Source of the DNA: Octopus vulgaris
Lineage: Eukaryota
Assembly: GCA_951406725.2 (NCBI GenBank)
Contig: OX597819.1
Coordinates: 33,914,001 to 33,978,000, forward strand
Direction: 5' to 3'
Length of the DNA stretch: 64,000 bases
Part shown: positions 53,557 through 64,000 of the stretch, one piece after another
How positions within the stretch are numbered: position 1 is the stretch's first letter
Layout of the letters: the number at the start of each line of letters is the position of its first letter
Position numbers and translations under genes: made by a program
The notes under the pieces: generated by a model
What the model saw: only the letters and a program-made list of their open reading frames with translations
What the model was told of the DNA's origin: nothing
Database searches by the model: none

Positions 53557-53619
53557 CTGCTGTTCACTGTCCTTGGCTTTTTCATCTGCAGCAATAGCTC
53601 TTTCCTCCAAGGCTCTCAT
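53557..53619 (-). CDS. Internal coding exon of an unidentified host gene (coiled-coil-like peptide MRALEERAIAADEKAKDSEQQ)
   Basis: Minus strand ...ttcttaattttacag|ATGAGA...CAGCAG|gtaagg: strong acceptor and donor, 63 nt, phase 0/0, open frame, non-repetitive context. Confidence 0.75.
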
Positions 53620-54088
53620 CTGTAAAATTAAGAACATAACAAATTAAACTCAGAGCTAGAGTAATACCTAATTATAATAGTTTTTTTTCTTCTCCCTAAT
53701 AAAACATACATAAAATATAACACTAAAAAGCTCATAAACACAAAATAATCGGCTCCTTCTACATTTTTTAAGTGCACAATTTCTCAACTTTTGCAAAAGT
53801 TTGTCAATGTTTATGTTTCTAATATTCCTCAGGAAAATGATAATTAGACTATTAACCAAAATTTGAAGAATTTTCATTGCCATACATTTCACTGAGTATT
53901 TTTTCTAACTATCTTCAGTCGTTGTATGACTGTATAGTCATGAAGCTTGCTTTTAAACCATGTGATCTTGGGTTCAGTTATACTGTGTAGGACCTTGGGC
54001 AAGTGTATATTTCTATAGTCCAAGGCCAACTAAAACCTTGTGAGTGGAGAAGTGGAGTTTTGCTAGATGGAAACTGAAAGATACTTGT

Positions 54089-54124
<36 letters not shown>

Positions 54125-54148
54125 TGTGTGATGAGGATGTATATACAT

Positions 54149-54188
<40 letters not shown>

Positions 54189-54223
54189 CCTATGCATATA
54201 TATATTTGTAAGTATATACATGC

Positions 54224-54540
54224 CACACCACAACACTAAGACAGAACTATTTCACCACAACTGGTCCTGCTATCTTTTACGCCATGCCAAAATACATAAT
54301 AGATGAAAGAGATCTCATAACATTCAAACAGTTCCTGGACAAATGTCTCCAACAAATTTCAGATAACCCACCTACACCTGGATATATCTCTGCAAACAAT
54401 AACTGTTTACTCAAATGGACTATGATACCTAAAGAATGACTGTAATATAAAACATCACTAAATGTCTTTCCCAGATGGTGTAATTAAGTTAGCCATGGCC
54501 TGGACCAATCCTGACTGAAACTTATCAAGTATTCTAAGTA
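54224..54540 (+). mobile_element. CR1/L2-type LINE 3' end
   Basis: LRQNYFTTTGPAIFYAMPKYI...FKQFLDKCLQQISDNPPTPGY...NNCLLKW (stop at 54439) resembles the CR1 ORF2 C-terminus. Confidence 0.72.
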
Positions 54541-54834
54541 TATATACACACACATACAGACATATCTATATGTGTGTGCATACACACACACTCACACACA
54601 TACACATGCATGTGTGTGTGAGGTGTACCCATGTTTACATATTAATTGGTGGTTGTAAATGAATATTATCATTATACAGATGAGGAAAGATGGTGAGCTG
54701 TCAGAATCATTAGCACACGGGGCAAGCATGGAAAAGTGGATGTTAAATGTTGATGGTGAAACATTCCCTCTGTAAGTGAGAGATTTCGTAACCCATAATG
54801 AGAACTTCCAGTTTTATGCATGCATTCATAAACC

Positions 54835-55063
54835 TGACCAAGTATTTATTCTATCAGTTTCTTTTGCTGAACCACTAAGTTACAAGGACTTAAACACACC
54901 AACACCAGTTGTCAAGTGGTGATGGGGGAAACAAACACAGACACAAACATATATATATATGATAGGCTTCTTTCAGTTTTCATCTACCAAACCCACTCAC
55001 AAGGCTTTGGTCAACCTGAGGCTATAGTAGAAGACACTTGCCCAAGGTGCTATGCAGTGGGAT
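54835..55063 (-). mobile_element. SINE family A fragment
   Basis: Reverse complement of the family A middle portion. Confidence 0.85.
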
Positions 55064-55924
55064 GTACCATTCCATTCCTTAAATTAATTTGATCAGCTAC
55101 AGGTATAGATATTTTATCAACCATTTATATGCACACTTGACTTTGGATATACATTTGTACTCATCTTTCAGTAAGTTTTTCTATATACCTACAACATCAT
55201 TTTCTACTCACCTGTCCAACTGTTGTTCATTTAGTAATTCAATATTCCTTAAAAGCCCTTCATGTCACATGATATCATGTCACATGATATCTCTGTTTTC
55301 AAGTTTGGCTAATCCACATTCCACACATGAGAGTTAATATCTACATTCTTTTGTTTGTTGATAATATTCAACTAAATTCTATGGCCCGTCTGTCAACTGA
55401 CTTAATATGTTTACCTGTAAAATCAGTTTTAAGCTGTCCTGTCATTGATTTTAATGCTAAACCCTCAACCAATTCTTCCCTGCCATTATATCTAAATCTC
55501 TGTTTGTTAACTTATTTAGTTGTCAATTGTCAATCAGTCATTCAACTGATGACTTCCAGCTAAACCAGTGTGTAAACAAGGTGAGTTAGTTGGGCTGCAA
55601 TAACAAACAATTGTCTAGAGATATTAAATAGGTGACAATTTCAGTCAAGTTACAGTCATCATAATTAATGTAATGAGGCAAGAAAATTATCTAATTAATA
55701 AATAATAATTTTGTGCTGCGGAAAAGAAAACATTTGATAAATGACTGATGTTATTTTAATTTGATTTTAGTAAATAAAGGCAACAACTCCAAATATGTTT
55801 CAGATTAATTAGAACTTGTCAGTAAACCGTAGTCCTCTCTGAACTTGCCATTGTATTGATGCCCAATAATATAAATGAGACATTGTGATAAAGTACATTA
55901 TGATAATATACATTAAGTCATTAT

Positions 55925-56570
55925 AATAATAATGGTTTAAAATTCTGGCACTAGGCCAGCAATTTTGAGAGGAGGGAGTAAGGCAATAACATAGACACAA
56001 GCGGTCAACTAGCACTTATTTTATTGATCCCCCCCCCCAAAAAAGGCTAAGTTAACCATGGCAGTATTTGAGTTCAGAACACAAGGAACTGGAAGAAATG
56101 CTGAAAAGCTTTTATATGATGTACTAATGATTCTTCAAGTTCATCACCTTAATAATCAAGCCATTATGATTATGGTTTCAAATTTTAGTACAAAACCAGC
56201 AATTTCAGTGGAAGGGAAAAATCGATTACATCTACCCCAGTACTCAACTGGTACTTGTTTTATTGACCCCCAGAAGGATGAAAAGCAAAAGTTGACCTCA
56301 TTGGAATTTGAACTCAGAACGTGAAGACAAAATGCTGCTAAGTGTTTTGTCCAATGGGGTAACAATTCTGCTAGCTTGCCACCTTTCAGACCATTATAAT
56401 AATCCTTTCTACTATAGGCACAAAGCCTGAAACTTGGGGTTGAAGGAGGTAGTCAATTACTAGTTGACCTCGGTGGAATTTGAACTCAAAATGTAAAGAT
56501 AGACAAAATGCCACTAAGTATTTTGTCCGATGTGGTAACAATTCTGTCAGCTCACTGCCCTTCAAGTCAT
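55925..56570 (-). mobile_element. Three head-to-tail decayed family C SINEs
   Basis: Repeated gttgacctc..tggaatttgaactca..a.gt.aaga blocks at about 56050, 56290 and 56463. Confidence 0.75.
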
Positions 56571-57178
56571 TATAATAATGACAGAGGAAACGACCTGGGG
56601 ATGTAACAGTCAAGTAATGATACCTTAATTAATGTAACGAGGGAAAATATTTAATTAAAAAACTGAATAACTAATGAAATGGGAATATCCAGCCTGAGGT
56701 CCCAACATATGCACCCCCACCACTTCACACAACCGAATTTGAGTATCCTGCTTAAAGTTTCACCAAAGTCCTTAGTTTAAGAATTATGAAGGGCCTACTT
56801 TGTGAAGAATGAGAAGGGAGACATCTTCCATGCCAGCAATTTAATTAGAGTTTAATGAAGGGAGAGATTAGACAGATAGATAAGAGGAAAAAAATTGGTA
56901 AATGAAATAGAGAAAGAAGATAGTGAAATAAGTTAATGAATGGTGAGATAAGATAAGAGGTAGAAGGTAAGATAAAGAATCAGCAGGATGGATGGATGGA
57001 TGGATGGATTGATGGATGGGTTCATGAAACAGACAGACAGAATGATGGAGGGGAGTGGGGATGCTTGTATATAAGTAAGACTTTAAAATTGCTAACTGCA
57101 CAAATGGATTGATATAGATACTGAGAGCCCAACACAAATGAGGGTACTGTATACACACGCATACACTTATATATATAA

Positions 57179-57261
<83 letters not shown>

Positions 57262-57320
57262 AGAGAGAGAAGAGGTGAAAAGAGACAGAATTTTTATGAC
57301 ATTGTTTTTTTTCTGTGTCC

Positions 57321-57356
57321 CTTTCTGTAGAAGAGCCTAGGCTCAAAACGTAAAAG
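57321..57356 (+). ncRNA. Minimal hammerhead-like motif in a short repeat (about 57300-57448)
   Basis: cttt-CTGTAGA-a-gagc-ctag-gctc-AAAAC-GT-A-aaag: stems I and II are perfect, stem III is the palindrome ACGT, and there are two core substitutions. Confidence 0.55.
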
Positions 57357-57446
57357 ACTTTTTCAATTCCTGAGCATTATACTAATGCACCTGTTTGTTT
57401 TTATACACCACCTTTCTTTGTTTTTTGTTTTTTCATGAACTCTCCC

Positions 57447-57574
<128 letters not shown>

Positions 57575-57773
57575 TAAAAATAAATGCGCCCTTTTTAAAG
57601 CCTAACCAGGCACATGGACCTGGTTTTCTGGTTTCTATGGTGTATGTGTTCCCTAGCTGGATGGGACGCCAGTCTATCACAGCATTACTCGTTTTTGCCA
57701 GCTGAGTGAACTGGAGCAACGTGAAATGAAGTGCTTTGCTCAAAAACACAACACATCGCCCGGTCCAGGAATC

Positions 57774-58071
<298 letters not shown>

Positions 58072-58344
58072 TCATCATCATCATCATATCATCATCATCA
58101 TCATCACTAATCATCTGTTCTCCATGCTGGCATAGGCTGAACTGTTTGACAAGAGCTGGCCCAGGCTCCATTTTGTCTATTTTGGCTTCGTTTCTATGGC
58201 CAAATGCCCTTCCTAATGCCAACCACTTTACAGGGTGCACTGAATGCTTTTAACGTGGTGCTGGCATGGATGCTTTTATGTGGCATTGGCACAGCCACTT
58301 TTATATGTCACAGGCACAAGTACTTTTATGTGGCACCAGTATGG

Positions 58345-59830
58345 ACAAGAGAGAGAAAACATCATCCATGTAACTGAGTGGTATTCATCTTCTGTTAGCA
58401 AGTTTACATCTCCAGAATTTAACATCTCTTATGGTTTGTCCAGCATGAAGACAGTGGTTAACAAAGCCTAGCTTGTATTGAATATGCAATAATAGTAGAG
58501 ATGAATGTAATGTGTCCGTAAAGGTCACCTCTTTGCTCGAGAGCTCACTCACACCGTAAACTGTTTTGGGCCCCCAAGGGAAAAACCTGGTGTAGCTACG
58601 ATCAAAGTGACTTTGAATATCCTTTCTCTTAGTCCAGATTTCAGCTTCATTGGGATACTTGCTCTTTATATGTACCCTGAACATGGCAAGCTTTGTTAAC
58701 TTTCAAATGTTTCCAAGCTTGTTACCTCCAGGCTAATTTCTTGTGTATTCAATAGTCTTTCTCACAATCAATAAGATTAAGACGTAGAGTATTTGAAGTC
58801 ACTGACCTCCTTGAGTCTTATAACATCGTTGGAACAAGTTGGTAGGTAACTTTCATCTTCATCGATGGTCATTTCTTTGTTCTTCATTACAGTAATAAAG
58901 AGACTGATTTTGACTTTGCAGCATCTTCACGGTATGTGTGGTAAGAAACTTACTTCCTCCAGACCACATGGTTCCATGTTCAGTCCCACTGTACAGCACC
59001 ATGGGCAACCAAAACCTTGTGAGTGGATTTGGAAGATGGAAACAGAAAGAAGTCCATCATACATATGTATATCAGTGTGTGTTTGTGTCTCTGTTTGTCC
59101 CCCACTACTGCTTGATAACCGGTGTTGGTGTGTTTATGTCATCCATAACTTAGAGGTTCAGCAAAAGAGACTGATAGAATAGGTACCAGCTTTAAAAAAA
59201 AAATGTACTGGGGTCAATTCATTTCACTAAAACTTCTTCAAGGTGGTGCTCCAGTATGGCCAGTATCTAATAACTGAAACAAATGAAAGATGAAAGATGC
59301 TTTGCACATCAAACAGTTGCTAAAATGTAAGAACAAGATTATCACCATTGTAAATTGCTAGTTCCTTGGTTAATTCTACTTGTTAAGTAAAATTGGGGGC
59401 CAAAACTTTCTTTTAGAATGTAATCCACTGCAATCACAAAGAAAAAAGTGTAAAAGAGAAAAGTGTCTATCCCTGAAAGATTCCTGCTATTGAAATTCTT
59501 TTGTTGTACAGTATATGCTTTACATAAAGCTGGGTGAGTTTTCACACACGATGGTGATGACTTCAATAATATCAAGGATATCATCACTTGAGAGCATCTG
59601 TGACATGACCTTTCTCTTGACACTCTCAAATATCATGGAGAAATCTAAAGACATGATTGATGTTTTTTGCTTGCAGATTCTGAGATCTTCTATAATTTTT
59701 CTAAGAGCAAGGATCTGTGTTAGCATTGATCTGTCTGCATAGAAGCAATTTTGGTTCCATCTTAGGAAGGAGAACAATTTGAGGGAGAATTGTATAAAGA
59801 TACACAGAGTTGTAGATCTTTGAGGTTATA
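58345..59830 (-). mobile_element. Old RTE-like reverse transcriptase remnant interrupted by SINE A (58930-59300, +)
   Basis: RSMLTQILALRKIIE...SLDFSMIFESV (IDFSKAFDSV), DTFL..FFFVIAVDYIL, AEIWT...FDRSYTR. Confidence 0.7.
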
Positions 59831-60016
59831 GTTGAGAGTGTAATTCTTGTACAGTTCTGAAGCAAGCGAAGTGGAAAAATTGATTAATTTAAACAAACAG
59901 CTTTCACAAACTCTTCAATTATTCAACTTCCCGAGACAAAGTGTTAATGTATACACTCACAAACATATGAATGTGTGTGTGTGTGTGTGTACCTGTGTAT
60001 GTGTGTGTGAGTGTGA

Positions 60017-60091
<75 letters not shown>

Positions 60092-60138
60092 TATGCATAT
60101 ATATATGTATTATATATACATATTATATATGTATATAT

Positions 60139-60195
<57 letters not shown>

Positions 60196-60359
60196 TCATC
60201 ATCATCATCATCATTTAGCGTCCGTTTTCCATGCTAGCATGGGTTGGACGGTTCAACTGGGGTCTGGGGAGCCCGAAGGCTGCACCAGGCCAGTCAGATC
60301 TGGCAGTGTTTCTACAGCTGGATGCCCTTCCTAACGCCAACCACTCCGAGAGTGTAGTG

Positions 60360-62655
60360 GGTGATTTTATGTGCCACCGACACAGGTGCCAGACGAGGCT
60401 GGCGAACGGCCACGCTCGGATGGTGTTTTTATGTGCCACCGACACAGGTGCCAGACGAGGCTGGCAGACGGCCACGCTCGGATGGTGTTTTTATGTGCCA
60501 CCGACACAGGTGCCAGATGAGGCTGGCGGACGGCCACGATCGGATGGTGTTTGTTACGTCCCCAAAGCACGTAGTCCAGTCTATGCGGTACTGGCTACGG
60601 CCACGTTCGGATGATTTTCTTGTGTGCCACCGGCACTGTCCACAAAGATACAAATTCCATTGATGTTCATCTATTTTGATTTGTTTTGATTTGATTTGAT
60701 TTTCACTTGCCTCAACAGGTCTTCACAAGTGTCACAAGAAGGAAGGTATGCACAGGTGGACTGACTACGTCCCAGGTAGGGTCCACGGGTTATGGCCTGA
60801 CTAGTCTTGCCGGGTCTTCGGATGGTGTTTTTATGTGCCACCGACACAGGTGCCAGATGAGGCTGGCGAACGGCCACGATCGGATGGTGTTTGTTGCGTG
60901 CCCACAGCACGGAGGCCAGTCGATGCAGTACTGGCTACGGCCACGTTCGGATGGTTTTCTTGTGTGCCACTGGCACTGGTACCACAAGATACAAATTCCA
61001 TTGATGTTCATCTATTTTGATTTGATTTGATTTGATTTGATTTTCACTTGCCTCAACAGGTCTTCACAAGTGTCACAAGAAGGAAGGAAGGTATGCACAG
61101 GTGGACTGACTACGTCCCAAGTAGGGGCCATGGGTTATGGCCTGACTAGTCTTGCCGGGTCTTCGGTTGGTGTTTTTATGTGCCACCGACACAGGTGCCA
61201 GATGAGGCTGGCGGACGGCCACGATCGGATGGTGTTTGTTATGTGCCCACATCACAGAGGCCAGTCGATGCGGTACTGGCTACGGCCACGTTCGGATGGT
61301 TTTCTTGTGTGCCACCGGTACTGGTACCACAAAGATACAAATTCCATTGATGTTCATCTATTTTGATTTGGTTTGATTTGATTTGATTTGATTTTGATTT
61401 TGATTTTCACTTGCCTCAACATGTCTTCACAAGTGTCATAAGTAGGAAGGTATGCACAGGTGGACTGACTACGTCGCCGGGTCTTCGGATGGTGTTTTTA
61501 TGTGCCACCGACACAGGTGCCAGATGAGGCTGGCGAACGGCCACGATCGGATGGTTTTCTTGTGTGCCACCGGTACTGGAACCACAAAGATACAAATTCC
61601 ATTGATGTTCATCTATTTTGATTTGGTTTGATTTTCACTTGCCTCAACAGGTCTTCACAAGTTTGGTTTGATTTTCACTTGCCTCAACAGGTCTTCACAA
61701 GTGTCACACGTGTCACACACTTGCCTCAACACGTCTCCACAAGTGTCACACACTTGCCTCTGCCTCAACAGGTCTTCACAAAGTGTCACACACTTGCCTC
61801 TGCCTCAACAGGTCTTCACAAGTGTCACACACTTGCCTCAACAGGTCTTCACAAGTGTCATAAGAGGGAAGGTATGCACAGGTGGACTGACTACGTCGCC
61901 GGGTCTTCGGATGGTGTTTTTATGTGCCACCGACACAGGTGCCAGATGAGGCTGGCGAACGGCCACGATCAGATGGAGTTTGTTGTGCCCACAGCACGGA
62001 GGCCAGTCGATGCGGTACTGGCTACGGCCACGTTCGGATGGTTTTCTTGTGTGCCACCGGTACTGGAACCACAAAGATACAAATTCCATTGATGTTCATC
62101 TATTTTGATTTGGTTTGATTTGATTTTTGATTTTCACTTGCCTCAACAGGTCTTCACAAGGGTCACACACTTGCCTCAACAGGTCTCCACAAGTGTCACA
62201 CACTTGCCTCTGCCTCAACAGGTCTTCACAAGTGTCACACACTTGCCTCAACAGGTCTTCACAAGTGTCATAAGAGGGAAGGTATGCACAGGTGGACTGA
62301 CTACGTCGCCGGGTCTTCGGATGGTGTCTTTATGTGCCACCGACACAGGTGCCAGATGAGGCTGGCGAACGGCCACGATCGGATGGTGTTTGTTGTGCCC
62401 ACAGCACGGAGGCCAGTCGATGCGGTACTGGCTACAGCCACGTTTGGGTGGTTTTCTTGTGTGCCACCGGCACTGGTACCACAAAGAATACAATTCCACT
62501 GATGTTCATCTATTTTGATTTGTTTTGATTTGATTTGATTTTCACTTGCCTCAACAGGTCTTCATAAGTGTCACAAGAAGGAAGGTATGCACAGGAGGAC
62601 TGACTACGTCCCAGGTAGGGGCCACGGGTTATGGCCTGACTAGTCTTGCCGGGTC
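60360..62655 (-). repeat. Hierarchical tandem array forming the LINE 3' UTR
   Basis: 62-nt subunits (60371, 60433, 60495) and about six 330-430-nt superunits delimited by gccgggtcttc, each containing (ATTTG)n and cacttgcctcaacaggtcttcacaagtg. Confidence 0.9.
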
Positions 62656-64000
62656 TTCTCACGCACAGCATACTTCCATAGGTCTCGGTCTCTAGACATT
62701 TCCTTAGTGAGACCTAAAGTTCGAAGGTCGTGCTTCACCACCTCGTCCCAGGTTTTCCTGGGTCTACCTCTTCCACAGGTTCCCTCAACTGCTAGGGTGT
62801 AGCACTTTTGCACACAACTATCTTCAGCCTTTCTCGTCACATGACCATACCAGCGCAGCCGTCTCTCTTGCACACCACAACTGACGCTTCTTAGGTTCAA
62901 CTTTTCTCTCAAGGAACTTACACTCTGACGATTATGAACACTGACATTACACATCCATCGGAGCATACTGGCTTCATTTCTTGCGAGCTTACGCATATCC
63001 TCAGCAGTCACGGCCCATGTTTCACTACCATGTAGCATGGCTGTACGTACACATGCATCATACAGTCTGCCTTTTACTCTGAGCGAGAGGCCTTTTGTCA
63101 CCAGCAGGGGTAAGAGCTCTCTAAACTTTGCCCAGGCTATTCTTACTCTAGCAGTTACACTTTCAGCACACCCACCCCCGCTACTGACTTGGTCTCCTAG
63201 GTAGCGGAAGCTATCAACTACTTCTAGTTTGTCTCCCTGGAACGTGGCAGAAGTTGGTCTCTGCACATTTCCAGTGTTTATTGCTCCTGAGCATTTGCCA
63301 CAGACAAAAACTATTTTCCTAGTTAGCCTTCCTTTGACATTGCTGCACCTCTTATGTGTCCATAGCTTACACTTGGTGCATCTTATAGAGTTTCTACCTA
63401 CACCTTTTTTACAGATCGAGCAGGGCCATCTACCTGAAGGCGTTTGTGATTGATCTACCTTCCTACTTATTAGGACTTTGGTTTTGGCTAGGTTGATTCT
63501 AAGGCCCTTCGATTCTAACCTTGTTTCCACACCTGAAACTTCTCCTCCAGTTCTGATAGTGACTCAGCAATTAGAGCAAGGTCATCAGCATAGAGGAGCT
63601 CCCAGGGGCAACCTGTCTTGAATTCCTCCGTTATTGCCTGGAGGACTATGATAAATAGGAGGGGACTGAGGACTGAACCTTGGTGGACCCCAACCTCTAC
63701 CCGGAATTCTTCACTGTACTCGTTGCCAACCCTCACCTTACTAGCAGCGTCTCTGTACATAGCTTGCACAGCTCTCACCAACCATTCTTCTATCCCTAGT
63801 TTCCTCATTGACCACCAGATAAGGGATCGGGGGACCCTGTCAAAGGCTTTCTCCAAGTCAACAAAAGCCAGGTACAAGGGCTTATCTTTGGCTAGGTATT
63901 TCTCCTGCAGCTGTCTTACCAGGAATATAGCATCAGTAGTACTTTTCCCTGGCACGAACCCAAACTGCATATCATCTAAGCTAACTCTCTCTCTAATTAG
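62640..64000 (-). pseudogene. RTE LINE reverse transcriptase with a PHD-like finger and one frameshift at about 63518
   Basis: QFGF..GKSTTDAIF, FVDLEKAFDRV, GVHQGSVLSPLLF, YADD, FRYLG, RRLRWYGHV, GRGRPRKTW. WKQG/LESKGL are joined if one T is restored. Confidence 0.92.

Larger units (their letters stand above)
60193..64000 (-). mobile_element. Young RTE-clade LINE (3' 3.8 kb, continues beyond the window)
   Basis: RT-coding region, about 2.4 kb 3' UTR, and terminus ccaacccatgctagcatggaaaacggacgctaaa(TGA)n next to (TA)n. Confidence 0.95.

Noticed and set aside
60380-60560. HDV-like ribozyme in the 62-nt unit (GGCC...GCCAG-CCUC-CUGGC resembles HDV P3/L3)
   Set aside because: I could not find the P1 3' strand, P1.1 or a catalytic C-GAA junction in the required order.
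60360-62655. CRISPR-like repeat array
   Set aside because: The intervening sequences are themselves repeated, there are no cas genes, and the context is a eukaryotic LINE 3' UTR.

Overview
AT-rich, microsatellite-dense eukaryotic DNA. The SINE and LINE repertoire is the one I recall from Octopus (cephalopod) genomes; this is recognition from memory, not a database result. Most entries in the ORF track are translations of (TA)n, (CA)n, (TGTA)n or (GGT)n repeats. I can support only one host coding exon (63 nt, minus strand, 53557-53619, coiled-coil-like), so the window is probably mostly intron. The rest is a layered transposon landscape: dozens of tRNA-derived SINEs (several nested, with TSDs), a young RTE-clade LINE at the right end with a ~2.4 kb repetitive 3' UTR, older RTE and CR1 fragments, Tc1 and mariner relics, Helitrons, hAT and piggyBac MITEs, a long-TIR element filled with TTAGGG-type repeats, and Penelope-like fragments. 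The most interesting signals are at the RNA-structure level. First, a small H-type pseudoknot module with compensatory changes is tandemly amplified in the RTE 3' UTR and its dispersed copies. Second, at least six hammerhead-ribozyme-like motifs are present, two of them downstream of GIY-YIG endonuclease remnants. All structures were folded by eye. Boundaries are approximate unless a TSD or TIR is quoted.
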